IMG/VR virus record: IMGVR_UViG_3300033150_002070
Span: 7,721-71,720 of that record
Direction: 5' to 3' (one strand)
Length of the DNA stretch: 64,000 nt
Origin: a virus
Under the pieces are notes generated by a model, which made no database searches, had not been told where the DNA came from, and was given only the letters and a program-made list of their open reading frames with translations. The position numbers were made by a program, and so were the translations under genes. Below, one piece after another: positions 44,063 to 54,781 of the stretch. How positions within the stretch are numbered: position 1 is the stretch's first letter; each line of letters opens with the position of its first letter.

Positions 44063-44895
44063 ACCGGCTTCTCCTTGATAAGTTCAGCAGCCACTAGCCT
44101 TATCGAACCAGAAAAGGCTACAAGAAGGTTTTCAAAGTAGTCCCTCTCGTAGTCGCCGTCCCAGATGCAGGGGACGAAAAACGAGTTGTCCTTGTGAGGA
44201 TAGATCACAACAAGCTCGCCTTCCGAAATCCTCGATCTTGCCGTTTCATCGTCGTCATCGAGATAGTCAAAGGAAAGCTCAGTCTCATACTGCCAGCCGA
44301 TCACGGACTCAACAATTCTGCCGTCGGCCATTCTGAGCCGCTTTCTAGTAACCTTTCTGAAGTTTTGCCGCCACTCTTGTGGCTGGTCAAACTCGAAATC
44401 GTATAAGGCTTTTCTGCAGGATACATTGTCAAGATAAAGTATTCCTGTCTCGGCTACCACATCACAAGGGTAGAAAAGGAGGTAGAAGCACGTTCCAGCC
44501 GCTGTCTCAGGAATCCTCAGCGCAGCCGAAAACCTGCCCTGAGATGTAGTTGGTGAAAAGGTATCTGAAACGTACTTATCCTGACAGAGAATACTTACCC
44601 TGGAAGTAAGAGCCTTGTCGGAGCGAGCCGCCCAGGTTATGAGGAATGTAAGTCCCGCAAGGGCCTGGCCGTAGTTTACTTCGCAGAACGCGCCGTATCT
44701 TACGGTTGCGTCGTTGTCGAAAATTTTAAGCGAGTAGTTTCCATAGTACGTGTCGTCATCCTCGAAATGCGACATTGAGCCGTTCGCCGTTCCAGAAGTT
44801 TCGGCCCATCCAGATGCACTTTCCTCAAATGAGCCGTCAACGACTAGTTCTGGGCCGCATACAATGATGCGCGTTTTGTCGGTTCCAAGTATCAT
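44059..44895 (-). CDS. Tail protein with CBM-like domain
   Basis: 'ELVVDGSFE', 'LYLDNVS'; C-terminal distal-tail-like segment. Confidence 0.6.
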   Translation of the reverse strand: MILGTDKTRIIVCGPELVVDGSFEESASGWAETSGTANGSMSHFEDDDTYYGNYSLKIFDNDATVRYGAFCEVNYGQALAGLTFLITWAARSDKALTSRVSILCQDKYVSDTFSPTTSQGRFSAALRIPETAAGTCFYLLFYPCDVVAETGILYLDNVSCRKALYDFEFDQPQEWRQNFRKVTRKRLRMADGRIVESVIGWQYETELSFDYLDDDDETARSRISEGELVVIYPHKDNSFFVPCIWDGDYERDYFENLLVAFSGSIRLVAAELIKEKPV

Positions 44896-47800
44896 TCCTC
44901 ACTCAACTCCAGAGTCATCGCTCCACTGTGAATGTCAAGTTTGATACCTTCTATAATATAACTTCTCGAGGCCAGATCATCAACCTCATCGCGGTCTAAG
45001 CGCAAGAAAACTCTATCGAGAATATCAAGATGGATAAGCGGCCTTGTCGTTACCACAGCACGTCTGCCGCGTGAGAGAAGCTTCTTCGCGGCAAGCCTTG
45101 CAACTGCTTTCGCCGAAGACGCCGATTTCAGAAGCGAGCTTGAGATCGTAACCTGAGATCCTTCCTGCGAGACTTTCCCGAACCTCACAGCACCCTCCTC
45201 AGACTCAACTCTAACGAAGTCAACAGCTTCATCGGTTGAAAACTTAACCGAGCCATGCCTGAGAAAGTAAGTCCCTCCGGGAACATTACGCGATCTTAGA
45301 ACAACTTTGCCTTCATCAGAGACAGTCTGAGTGAAGTTGACCAGACCCAGTATCTCATCAAGCTTAGACCTTACAGACCCTTCAAGATCGAGCGGCAGAA
45401 TGGGTTCAAACTTCGGCCCGTATGATACAACCTCGTTCTTTGACCCGAAAGCAAAGAGGCAGTCGTTGAAGTGAACCAGACCTGTTTGGAAATCAACTTG
45501 AGCCCCAAGGTCAATCGTCCTTGAGGGAGTAAGATCACCACTGTACTCAATCACTTTAGCGTTTCTGAACTTCTTGGACGAGAAGATCCCAACTATGCTT
45601 CCGTCAAGCCCCCCGAAAGCGGTCGGAACAAGGGCCGAAATATCTTCACCTTCCGAATCAACAGTCGAGACGTCAAGGTGAGTGTATGAGGCAAGTGCGA
45701 ACGCACCGAAGCTCAGGTTGTCTCTGTCAAAAACCCCGCCGTAGACTGTCGAGCCTATCACAGTAATATTCATTGGGGTGAGATAAGTCTGTAAGGGTGC
45801 GTCCCAGGAGTACCAGAGCCCCACCCAGGTTGCCCTTACACCGTGAAGCATCATATCGCATCCAGGAGCGTCGAACTTGAGGCGGACCCACTTTCGCTGG
45901 TTGGTTCCATCGGGCGGATCCCCGAGGGCGTAATAGGACTGTGGATCATTGTAGTCTGGAGACCAAACAGCCTCCCATATGCCGGCGCTTGACTCATACC
46001 TTATTTCAGATGGCTCCTGCCAGCCCTCAACCCATTCAGATCCATTCCAGTACTGCCTTCTAACTTCCAGTTTAAGATTGGCGAAATAGTCCGAGTCTGC
46101 TGAGACTCGAACTCTGAAAACCAAATTGTGATCGAATCCAAGATACACGTAGTCGCCGCTTTCAATCAGCCTATTGCTGGTCCCGGCGTTAATCTCACTT
46201 GTGATGTCAATCCAGGAAGACGCTGAGTCGTTCCAGAACCACACCTTATCCCAGGCTTTAACCCGCTCGGTTCTATCAAGAGCCGCACACGATATAATAG
46301 CCTTAAGCGGAATGGATGAATCTGCTCGGTTGTCCTTCGTAACTATGTGGGAGAGATAGAGAAGGTTGTCGACTACGTCGCCGCTTACAGCGTAGTGGTG
46401 CTTTCCGAAAAAGAAGTTGAGGTAAAGATCCTCAGAAGTCCAGGTAAGTGGATTGAAGGCCTCAAGGCGGATTCCATTATAGTCGAACTCCTGAACCTGG
46501 TAGATGAACCTCGGAACGTCGTTGTGGCGAGTCCAAAGCACTATCCCACGGTTACCGAACTCAGACGAGAATCCCAAGTCATACTCACCGCCTGTGTTAT
46601 CGTCCTCATCCCACACGCAGTAAAAGCCCTTGGAAAGTTTCGCAACTGGACCTCTCAGACCCTCCTCGCTTGCCGACTCGTAGTTGTACCAGACTGCGGC
46701 CACACCGCCGGGGGCGGCCGTGCTCCAAAGACCGGCTCTCGGCCTAACTGAGTGCCCGTTCTCACCCGCGCCTAGGCCTGCTGTGGCATAGTACAGCATC
46801 GAGATTTTTTGATCGAACGGGATTGGGATGTTTTCAGATGCCTTGCGGGTTGCTGAAACCTGCCCGATGTAAGTTAAGTCAGAACCTGGACTCCACCCAG
46901 TCCGCTTCAGGAATTTTCCTGTTGTAGCGAAGTTGAGAAGTGATGTAACTGAAAGCCCAGCCGATGAAGTGTTGTAGGCAAAAGCGAAGGCGTTCGCAAA
47001 ACCACCAGACTCAGGCTTAAGCTCGTCTGGTTTCGAGGCAGTGCATATCCCGTAAACCCACTCACCAAAGGTTCCAAGACAGACTATCGGATAAATCACA
47101 TACGGTGCAAGATAGCCAGATGGAAATCTGTCTGAAGTTGGAAGCTCAACAAGTCTGGATGTTCCAGAAAGGCGATCGGCAACCCATAGCTCACTTCCAA
47201 CGCCGAAGTAAAGCTTGTCGCCGGAGGCTGTAAGCGCAAAGACCTCGCCGTACTCTTTCGATGGAAGGTATCCAACTATCCCGGCCTCGTTTCTGTCAAG
47301 TGAAAGCGCAATGTCATCGGCCTCACACTGAGCGGATGAGAAAACACCCGCAAGAAGTTTCCTCGAGGCGGCCGTTGCGAACATACCAGGATCGGGAGTG
47401 TATGCACCGCCACTGCTTCGCACAGCCACCTTGACGGACTTCTTATCAGGCACAGCAAGCTCAGGATCAAACGAGAAGTATATAAGACCCCCCTCACCGT
47501 CATGCACTACGTTGACAGGAAGAATTCTGTCAACCTCGACGGTTACACCAGCGGGAGCCGAGGCTGAAAACCTAACAAAGTATAGCGGCGGCGAGGCCCA
47601 AGAGCTTATCCCAATGTCGTCATCCAGATAGTTGTCGGATCTATCAATAAGATGTATGTCGCTTTCCCAGTCAAGCGGAATCTTCCAGGTAATAACACCG
47701 GAGTGCTTGAGGGTTTCCGTCGTATCCTCAAGAAGCTCAAGCGGCTCCCAAGACCCTCCATTGGAATACTCAATGGTAAGTCCAACGGCGTTTTGAGACG

Positions 47801-48590
47801 AGTAAGGTATGAGAAGCTCAACGCCGCCGAAAGGTTTCCTGGATGCAACGTAGATGTAATCCCAGGAGGTTGTGTGGTCTATGAAAAGCTTTGAACTGTC
47901 TGAGGCTGAGACACTCTTGGTATAAAACTGAGTCTCAAGACCTTTTTGACAGGCGAACGGTTTCTCATCGAGAAACGAGTTAGATGCGGACGAAAACCTT
48001 CCAGCTTCAACAGGAAGCGGATCAAAGTATTCCTTCTCGCCAGTAATAGAGGCATAGAACCTTCCAGGAGACTTTATGCTGTTACCGCGATCCTCGACAG
48101 GATAAAAGAGGTCGAACGAGTCCGTTGGAACGTAGGCCGTATCGCCGAAAAGGTCCTCCTGGAATCCTCCTGTGTCAATAATCTTCTGGTCAGATGAACC
48201 GAAAGTTGGCCGGTAGTATCTACCGTAAGTCCACTGGAAAGCACGTGCAAACTGGTTATAGCCAAGCACTGCCCAAAACTTCTCGCGGTAGCTTCTCGAA
48301 ACGTGCGGCGCGTTGGTAGATTTCACAAGAACCGACTTGATGTCAAACTCTTCAAAGCCAAACTCAATCTCATTTGACTGAGGATAGACAGCGTCTCCTT
48401 TCTCCAAGTAGTAGCCGTGAATTCTTACGGCTGGGTAGTCCGGCGAGACCGATCCAGACACAATCTCACTTACAGGCACACCATCCTCAAGCGAGATAAG
48501 GCTGTTTGCCCTAACCCTCACATATTCGCTTGTGGCCTCCACCGAATCAGGCTCAATTACTCCGAAAAAGACGCTGCGGCCTACCCTCAT
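44892..48590 (-). CDS. Large tail tip/baseplate hub protein
   Basis: 1232 aa beta-rich, downstream of tape measure; C-terminal 'HLDILDRV...YIIEGI' hub-like pattern. Confidence 0.65.
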   Translation of the reverse strand: MRVGRSVFFGVIEPDSVEATSEYVRVRANSLISLEDGVPVSEIVSGSVSPDYPAVRIHGYYLEKGDAVYPQSNEIEFGFEEFDIKSVLVKSTNAPHVSRSYREKFWAVLGYNQFARAFQWTYGRYYRPTFGSSDQKIIDTGGFQEDLFGDTAYVPTDSFDLFYPVEDRGNSIKSPGRFYASITGEKEYFDPLPVEAGRFSSASNSFLDEKPFACQKGLETQFYTKSVSASDSSKLFIDHTTSWDYIYVASRKPFGGVELLIPYSSQNAVGLTIEYSNGGSWEPLELLEDTTETLKHSGVITWKIPLDWESDIHLIDRSDNYLDDDIGISSWASPPLYFVRFSASAPAGVTVEVDRILPVNVVHDGEGGLIYFSFDPELAVPDKKSVKVAVRSSGGAYTPDPGMFATAASRKLLAGVFSSAQCEADDIALSLDRNEAGIVGYLPSKEYGEVFALTASGDKLYFGVGSELWVADRLSGTSRLVELPTSDRFPSGYLAPYVIYPIVCLGTFGEWVYGICTASKPDELKPESGGFANAFAFAYNTSSAGLSVTSLLNFATTGKFLKRTGWSPGSDLTYIGQVSATRKASENIPIPFDQKISMLYYATAGLGAGENGHSVRPRAGLWSTAAPGGVAAVWYNYESASEEGLRGPVAKLSKGFYCVWDEDDNTGGEYDLGFSSEFGNRGIVLWTRHNDVPRFIYQVQEFDYNGIRLEAFNPLTWTSEDLYLNFFFGKHHYAVSGDVVDNLLYLSHIVTKDNRADSSIPLKAIISCAALDRTERVKAWDKVWFWNDSASSWIDITSEINAGTSNRLIESGDYVYLGFDHNLVFRVRVSADSDYFANLKLEVRRQYWNGSEWVEGWQEPSEIRYESSAGIWEAVWSPDYNDPQSYYALGDPPDGTNQRKWVRLKFDAPGCDMMLHGVRATWVGLWYSWDAPLQTYLTPMNITVIGSTVYGGVFDRDNLSFGAFALASYTHLDVSTVDSEGEDISALVPTAFGGLDGSIVGIFSSKKFRNAKVIEYSGDLTPSRTIDLGAQVDFQTGLVHFNDCLFAFGSKNEVVSYGPKFEPILPLDLEGSVRSKLDEILGLVNFTQTVSDEGKVVLRSRNVPGGTYFLRHGSVKFSTDEAVDFVRVESEEGAVRFGKVSQEGSQVTISSSLLKSASSAKAVARLAAKKLLSRGRRAVVTTRPLIHLDILDRVFLRLDRDEVDDLASRSYIIEGIKLDIHSGAMTLELSEE

Positions 48591-49318
48591 ACTTCCTCCA
48601 AGTACATCTCAACCATACAGTAGATCCTCGGACTCCACTTCAACCTCACGAGATCACCAGTTTTGACGCTTCCAAGGTTCACATCGCTTGGAACAGTTAC
48701 CCAGTCAAGACCAGACGATACAACAGGCTCAATCTTACCCTGAAGCTGGCCGTCCAGAAACTCAATAATACCTCCGCTGTATGAGCCGCCAATTGGGCTT
48801 GAGAAACTCACTAGTCCGGACCCGGCAGAGCTTACAGTTGCAACCTCAACTGATCTTCTGAACCATCCGCTTTGAGACCTTTCATTAAGAACTAAGTTAG
48901 CTTTTTCAAGCCTGAAGCTGAACTGATCGGCAACAGACGGCCCGAACTGATCTCCGCTTGAAACGTCAACTCGTCCTTCGCCATCGACAAGATACTCGGT
49001 AAAGACCCTTTTCTTTGCGATCTTGTACCCGATGTCCGAAGCCGGGCGGGGGGCGTCAAGGGTTATGCTTGTGTATGGATCAGAATACGATACACCCTGA
49101 ACCACAAACTCGGTTGAAAGAAGCTCTGAAGTAAGAACAGCCTTGTCTCCGGCCGAGAAAAGCCAGCTTGCATCGCCCCTGACCTTGACTACATCGCCGA
49201 GCACCGACTGAATTGCAACAGGATATTCGAGGGCAAGAACAAGTCTCGGCCTGGGTCTGAACTCAGCCGCCTCAAGAAGCCTCTTGTATACTGCGTTATT
49301 GTAAAGCTCAGAGTCCAC
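48587..49318 (-). CDS. Tail protein
   Basis: Directly follows tape measure; beta-rich. Confidence 0.55.
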   Translation of the reverse strand: MDSELYNNAVYKRLLEAAEFRPRPRLVLALEYPVAIQSVLGDVVKVRGDASWLFSAGDKAVLTSELLSTEFVVQGVSYSDPYTSITLDAPRPASDIGYKIAKKRVFTEYLVDGEGRVDVSSGDQFGPSVADQFSFRLEKANLVLNERSQSGWFRRSVEVATVSSAGSGLVSFSSPIGGSYSGGIIEFLDGQLQGKIEPVVSSGLDWVTVPSDVNLGSVKTGDLVRLKWSPRIYCMVEMYLEEV

Positions 49319-52300
49319 GCTTGCCCAACCTCCTAAGCTGCGCTCTATTCATCTCACTTACCATATCAGTAAGATCGCTCATCTGCTCACGAGAGGGTGG
49401 AACAACTGTCGTGATCTGGTTGATTATCGTAGTTCCAAGACCGGCCTTCTCAAGCGGTATCACAGCTTCACCGGCGGCAAGCCCAGTTACTGTCGGTCCC
49501 GTTATAAGTCTTCCAATGGCTCCCTCGAGCGACCGGACCGAACTTTGAAGCCTTGCGATTATCTCAGGCCCAGCTTCGCCAACTAAACCAACCATGTTTC
49601 GGGTTACAACACCGCCGTATTGAAGCCCAGGAAGTCCAGCCAACCTTTGCCACTGAGTTATTGACCTGACATAAGCACCAGCTCCTGCACCAGCACCGGC
49701 TCCACCGCCGCCTCCAAACATTGCGCCGATCGCCTTAGCGGCCATATCAATAATCATCTCATAGACCTTCTCCTTGATGAAGGCCTTGAGCTTCTGAGCA
49801 AGAAACTCCCTCCACGATTCAAGAAGCGATTGCCACAGCCTCTGAAGCCAGGAGGAGTGCTGAGACTCAAGCTGCTTGATCTCGTCCATCATCTGCTTAT
49901 AGCGGCGGGTCTTGTAGCCGTACATCTTGAGTTCCTCAGCGGCAAGCAGGGTAAACGAGTCAACGAATGTGTCTGTCGTGGTTCCAACAAAGTCCCTGAT
50001 AGTCTCAGTAGTCCTTCCAGCCTCCTCGCGGATTAGCTCGAAAACACTTGGAAGCTGTTCAAGGGGCTCGAAGTCAACCTCTGGCTTAAGCTCAGGAACC
50101 GGAAGCTCAGAAATCCTCATTTTCTGCTCGCTGCCCTTCATAAACTCGTCAAGCTGAGACTTGAGCTTCTCAACAGTAATTTTCTGGCGGAGAATGTCTT
50201 TCTCGGAGAACTTGTCCTTGTTCTTTTCCATCTTCTTAAGGATTTCAAGCTCTCCCCAGTACTGGTCAAAGGTTGCCTTTCTGTAAGCCTCGGTTCCTTT
50301 CTTCGTGCTTGCAATCGCAAGCTCCCATCTGAGCCTATCAAGCTCGAAAAGCTCAGTGAGCTTCTTCTTCATATCATCAACGCTTTCGCTCCAGTACTTG
50401 CGAAGCTCATCAATTAGCCCCCTCCATCTATCCGGAATTCCCTCAGGAAACATCTCAAGAATCTTGTCGTAGAAGTCCTTGAAGAAGAACTCCGCATAGT
50501 ACTTCATCTCGACTGTGCTGTCTTTAGCCGAGTCAACTATTCTCTGCCAAGCCTCAAGCCAGGCAACAGCCGTCATCTTGGCGGACTTATAGAGCTTCAT
50601 TCCAAGAAACTCAGCCGCGCCGCCAAGCTCTCTCTGATCCTGAGCAGCTTGGTGTGATAGCTCGCTTAGCCAAGCCTCTTTCCTGGCAAGTTCTTCAAGC
50701 TGTTCGGAGGTGTAGCCGAATTTCTCGAAAAGTTCCCTGGTTTGATCAGCGAGATTGGAGAAGTCCCTTGTGACTCCACGAGATTCACTCCTGAGTCTGC
50801 GCCAAACTCCCTTCAAACCGTTTGCTATCTTTGACAAAACTCCGGTCTTTCTCAGGAGAATTTCAATAAGACTGATTCCAGTTAGGATCAGGCCAACAAT
50901 CCCGAAGCCTTTCGCAACGGTCAGAGCCTTGAGTGTGATACCGAGATTTTTCAGCAGTATCACAAGTGCCGTGATAGGCAGGATCACTGACGCTACTGCC
51001 ATCGCAAGCCCGCCAAATGCTCCAATAAACGATATAGTCGTTTGAGTGTTCTTGGACATCCAGTTGAGGACTTTAGCCAAAGCCCCAGCCAAGGGGCCCA
51101 TCGCAAGTGAGATGTTCTGGCCTGCTGTGATTCTAAGGTTATCGTAAGCTTGGTTAAGCTTTTTAAGCTGAAGCTGAGTCTGAACAATTCGGGCATTGAA
51201 AGCCTCCTGGACGGTTGAGGACCTCTCAAAGATCTTGAGAGCATCCTCCATTAGCTCATTGGCTCGTCCAACCAGAGTCGCCGTTCCAAGGAGTGCCCTT
51301 ATCCTTCGGAAGACTGCGGCTGTTTCACTTGGAAGGGCGTGTTCTGCAAGCGCAAGTATAATCCTGAAAAACTCACCTTCTTTGTCAGTGGTGTCTCTCA
51401 GAATTATTCCATACTTCGCAAGTACCTCATAGCCTTCCTTCTGCTGTCTAATAAGCGCTATAGCAGCATTCCGGATAGCTGTGAAGGTCTGAGCCGCTGG
51501 AATTCCAGCGCGGGTAAGGAGGGCGACTGAGGAAGCAACTTCCTCAAAGGACATGCCGAGTCCAGCGGCAAGACCGGCAGTTTTCCTCAAGCCTTCCGAA
51601 AGCTGATCCATGGTGAGGCGGCCTCGGCGTATCACTTCCATCAAAACATCAGCAACCTCAGCCGCTTCCTCAACCGGACGCTTCCAAGCCTTTAGAACCG
51701 TTATAATAGCGTTAGTGGCCTCACGCATAGTCGAAAGGCCACTTACAGCAAGCTTGCCGGCAGCATCAAGTATCTTTACAGCGTCCCTTGCCGCATAAAG
51801 CGATGAAACCGCATCATACAGGGACATGGCAACGTCCTCAACAGCAATTCCGAACCTGGCCTTAAGGTCCATTACCTCGCGGCCAAGATACCGCATCGCT
51901 GAGGCCGTCGAGGAGAACCCCTTGGCAAGATCAGCTGTCATAAGCGTCGCAGTCCGGCTTATGAGCTCCTGGAACCTAGCCGACTCTTTGCCAAGGGCTG
52001 TGAAGTAAGACAGCCAGCGTCTTGTCCACACAGCGCCGAGGGCCACCATCGAGGCTATTGCCCATTTGGTAGACTCCCTAAGCAGGTGGAACGACATCCT
52101 GAACCGCTTGATCCGCTCAGACATCGAATCAATCTGGTATGTTACGCCTTTGGCGTTGACCCAGAAACCCCTTGTAAAGAGGTTCCAGTAGCGGATCATA
52201 TACTTAGCCGCATTAGCAAAGTTTTCACCAAACTTGCTAATACGCCTCGAGGCGTAATCCATACCCCAGATGAAACGACCGACCTGAGCTACGAGTGTTA

Positions 52301-52328
52301 CGCTCAGCGATCCAAGACTTCGCGGCAT
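49308..52328 (-). CDS. Tail tape measure protein (TP901-like core)
   Basis: 1006 aa helical; 'AAGKLAVSG', 'VADVL...GRLTMDQL', 'GMSFEE', 'GGVV...LVGEAGPE'. Confidence 0.9.
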   Translation of the reverse strand: MPRSLGSLSVTLVAQVGRFIWGMDYASRRISKFGENFANAAKYMIRYWNLFTRGFWVNAKGVTYQIDSMSERIKRFRMSFHLLRESTKWAIASMVALGAVWTRRWLSYFTALGKESARFQELISRTATLMTADLAKGFSSTASAMRYLGREVMDLKARFGIAVEDVAMSLYDAVSSLYAARDAVKILDAAGKLAVSGLSTMREATNAIITVLKAWKRPVEEAAEVADVLMEVIRRGRLTMDQLSEGLRKTAGLAAGLGMSFEEVASSVALLTRAGIPAAQTFTAIRNAAIALIRQQKEGYEVLAKYGIILRDTTDKEGEFFRIILALAEHALPSETAAVFRRIRALLGTATLVGRANELMEDALKIFERSSTVQEAFNARIVQTQLQLKKLNQAYDNLRITAGQNISLAMGPLAGALAKVLNWMSKNTQTTISFIGAFGGLAMAVASVILPITALVILLKNLGITLKALTVAKGFGIVGLILTGISLIEILLRKTGVLSKIANGLKGVWRRLRSESRGVTRDFSNLADQTRELFEKFGYTSEQLEELARKEAWLSELSHQAAQDQRELGGAAEFLGMKLYKSAKMTAVAWLEAWQRIVDSAKDSTVEMKYYAEFFFKDFYDKILEMFPEGIPDRWRGLIDELRKYWSESVDDMKKKLTELFELDRLRWELAIASTKKGTEAYRKATFDQYWGELEILKKMEKNKDKFSEKDILRQKITVEKLKSQLDEFMKGSEQKMRISELPVPELKPEVDFEPLEQLPSVFELIREEAGRTTETIRDFVGTTTDTFVDSFTLLAAEELKMYGYKTRRYKQMMDEIKQLESQHSSWLQRLWQSLLESWREFLAQKLKAFIKEKVYEMIIDMAAKAIGAMFGGGGGAGAGAGAGAYVRSITQWQRLAGLPGLQYGGVVTRNMVGLVGEAGPEIIARLQSSVRSLEGAIGRLITGPTVTGLAAGEAVIPLEKAGLGTTIINQITTVVPPSREQMSDLTDMVSEMNRAQLRRLGKRGL

Positions 52329-52329
52329 A

Positions 52330-52518
52330 TCACATCTCCTTCACGGGGATTCCTACTGCTTTGAGCCTCTCAAGCGCCGACTGCCCGTCCCGAAGATCAA
52401 TGGTATTTCCATCGGACTCTTTCGGAAGGCTCTCGAAGATAAGCTCGATCTCCTCGACGGAAAGGTCGAGTATTTCATCAATAGTCCAGCCGAACAAGCT
52501 CGCAAGATGAACTATCAC
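52330..52518 (-). CDS. Tail assembly chaperone, -1 frameshift extension (T part)
   Basis: 'LASLFGWTIDEILDLS' typical; in the -1 frame of the upstream chaperone at TTTAAAG. Confidence 0.7.
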   Translation of the reverse strand: MIVHLASLFGWTIDEILDLSVEEIELIFESLPKESDGNTIDLRDGQSALERLKAVGIPVKEM

Positions 52519-52925
52519 TTTAAAAATCGAGACATCTTGTCTTGAATAGCTGCTACCTTGCCGAGCTTGCGTATCACTTCTTCGTAGAAAGGGAGTATAA
52601 GCTCCACCACCGAATCAAGATCGAGGTTCTCAGCCACCCATTCCTCATCGCGGCCGACTATCACGGAGGCGATCTTCAATACCTCCTCGGGAAGTGTCTC
52701 AAGAATCTCAGCAACAATGCCGATACCCTTCTGAAGATCGAACTCCTCTCCCTCAAGAACGTCTTGCGGAAACCTCTTGAGAATTCGTCCTAACGACTGA
52801 ACAACCTGAAGCTGAACTCTGAGTGTGGACTTAGGAACCTCAATCCTTTCACCGTCAACGGTGGTTACAAACTCTTTCTTGGGAAACAGAACCTCAATCT
52901 CACGATCAAGTTTGCTCTTGGCCAT
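52515..52925 (-). CDS. Tail assembly chaperone (G part)
   Basis: Between tail tube and tape measure; ends T TTA AAG TGA slippery site. Confidence 0.75.
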   Translation of the reverse strand: MAKSKLDREIEVLFPKKEFVTTVDGERIEVPKSTLRVQLQVVQSLGRILKRFPQDVLEGEEFDLQKGIGIVAEILETLPEEVLKIASVIVGRDEEWVAENLDLDSVVELILPFYEEVIRKLGKVAAIQDKMSRFLK

Positions 52926-52955
52926 AGAAGTCTCACTCCTCTCTAACTTTCAGGG

Positions 52956-53495
52956 TTAGGTGATGTGTTTAATCGCTATGAGCTGCTCCTCCTCATCGAG
53001 GGATTCGCCGCTCCAGGCTGTAGGCGTGTGAAGTGCGACGAACGTCATCGGGAACTGATGAACATCATCGCCAAACGCTATCTCCATCTCCCCACTGCCC
53101 TGAGCATACCAGATATCAAGCTCTATAGTTCCGCCGGAGGCCATCTGGTGGACGAACTTCAACGCTACATGATTGAAGTTCATATCTCCGCCGAAGCCAA
53201 GCTCAGAGCTGGTCTGGTTGCCCCCACCAAGAGCCTTGTGGAGATTGGCGAGGTTCCACTCAATTCCCGTTATCACAAACTCAACGCTCTCACGTCTGGC
53301 CCAAGTCTGGATGATTACCGCTGGAGTACCCTGCTCAACATCGAGCCGTTCTCTAGAAATTCTGAGCGTCGCTTCACGTACAGCTCCCACATCAGTTGAG
53401 GGGGTGGAACCAGCCACATCCATGTAGAGGATGCCTGGACCAAACGTGATCTTGCTCGTATTGTAGGATGGAACATTATACGCCACTTGACTCAC
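52956..53495 (-). CDS. Major tail tube protein
   Basis: 'ITFGPGILY...DVGAV', canonical position before the chaperones. Confidence 0.75.
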   Translation of the reverse strand: MSQVAYNVPSYNTSKITFGPGILYMDVAGSTPSTDVGAVREATLRISRERLDVEQGTPAVIIQTWARRESVEFVITGIEWNLANLHKALGGGNQTSSELGFGGDMNFNHVALKFVHQMASGGTIELDIWYAQGSGEMEIAFGDDVHQFPMTFVALHTPTAWSGESLDEEEQLIAIKHIT

Positions 53496-53751
53496 CTCCC
53501 TTCATAGGTTTTGCCCAAGTCTTTGCATCAACCCCTCGCCAGATCATCACAGATCCGTCAAACGAGAGTGTGTTCGGCGTTCCGCAGTGGCGGCATAAGA
53601 TCGAAATGTCGCCCCTCGTGATCGTGGCGTAGAGGTCCTTGTATTTAATGCGGATGGTATCGTTTGCGACGATACCGAGAAACTTACCGCAGTTAGAACA
53701 TAGCCAGGGCTTCTCTTTAGGGCCTAACTTGATCGTCTGTTCTCGTCTCAT
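53476..53751 (-). CDS. Com-like Zn-ribbon protein
   Basis: 'CSNCGKFL...ISILCRHCGTPN'. Confidence 0.6.
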   Translation of the reverse strand: MRREQTIKLGPKEKPWLCSNCGKFLGIVANDTIRIKYKDLYATITRGDISILCRHCGTPNTLSFDGSVMIWRGVDAKTWAKPMKGGESSGV

Positions 53752-54167
53752 GAGTACCTCACAAGTTTAACCTCAAAGTCTCCAACCATTGCATACAAGC
53801 CGGCCTCTGGATCAGTTGTATCAATTGGTTCTGAATCGCTATCACATACTATTGAGTAAGTGTAACCGCCAATTGACTTGGTGAATCTCGATCCTTTGAG
53901 CTTTGCCTCTATAAGATCGTAAATCTCAGCCGCTTCGTCAAGCGACTCCTTTGACCAAACCCAAAACCTTACATACGAGGTTCTAAGCTCACGAATGCGT
54001 GGTTCAGTCGTGCTCGGGGTGCGTTTGAGATTGACGCATGGATACGAGGGGTTCTTAACCTCGAATAGCTCAGCGCCATAGACCCGAGTGCCTACCTTGG
54101 ATCTGATCGTCGCATCGCTTAGAAGCACCGATCTTAGTATCTCAATTGCAGCGGTTATAAGATTCAC
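53748..54167 (-). CDS. Tail terminator / tail completion protein
   Basis: 'LLSDATI...VGTRVY...YPCV...FWVWS...A..I...I'. Confidence 0.7.
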   Translation of the reverse strand: MNLITAAIEILRSVLLSDATIRSKVGTRVYGAELFEVKNPSYPCVNLKRTPSTTEPRIRELRTSYVRFWVWSKESLDEAAEIYDLIEAKLKGSRFTKSIGGYTYSIVCDSDSEPIDTTDPEAGLYAMVGDFEVKLVRYS

Positions 54168-54781
54168 CTCAAGCCTCCACTAACAACATATCTTCTGAGT
54201 ATCGCGTGGCGTGCGCGCATTTCCTCAACACTGCGCTCAAACTCCTTGTAAGTTCCCATCGCATGGGTCCTGAACTTACCCCAAAGCTCGTGCCTGTGCT
54301 TCTCAACTGTCTCCTCCAACACAGGACGAGCGTGCATCTTCCTTGTTCCAAAAAATACATACTTCCAATACCGAGGAGGCTCGACGAGCCTGATACCCCA
54401 CACTATGCGATCCTTGGTGACTGGCAGAAGCGGCCCTGCGGGAACGGTTTCACCATACACAAATGACTGAATACTTCTAGCGAGATCGCCGGTTCGCCTG
54501 TGAACGCTGAACCAGGGCCATCTTCCATACCGATGAATTCTCGGCTCAGGCCACTTTGTTGAGTACGGGCCGGCTCCTCGCCTTTTAGCATACCGCCTCA
54601 TCCACCTCAAAGAATGTGAGTCAACTACTGAACAGTACTCACGGGCACGGTCTCTAAGCCAATCGGCCGTTTTACCACATGCCCTCTCGGTGCTGTGAAG
54701 TATACCACGCTTGGAAAACCTTAAGGCATCTACAATGCTCGTGTATCCTTCAAGTTTCAAAATTACCCCTTCAGCCGGCAT
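54164..54781 (-). CDS. HK97 gp10-like tail completion protein
   Basis: 'RTGDLARSI', 'YWKYVFFGTRKMHARPVL'. Confidence 0.7.
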   Translation of the reverse strand: MPAEGVILKLEGYTSIVDALRFSKRGILHSTERACGKTADWLRDRAREYCSVVDSHSLRWMRRYAKRRGAGPYSTKWPEPRIHRYGRWPWFSVHRRTGDLARSIQSFVYGETVPAGPLLPVTKDRIVWGIRLVEPPRYWKYVFFGTRKMHARPVLEETVEKHRHELWGKFRTHAMGTYKEFERSVEEMRARHAILRRYVVSGGLR

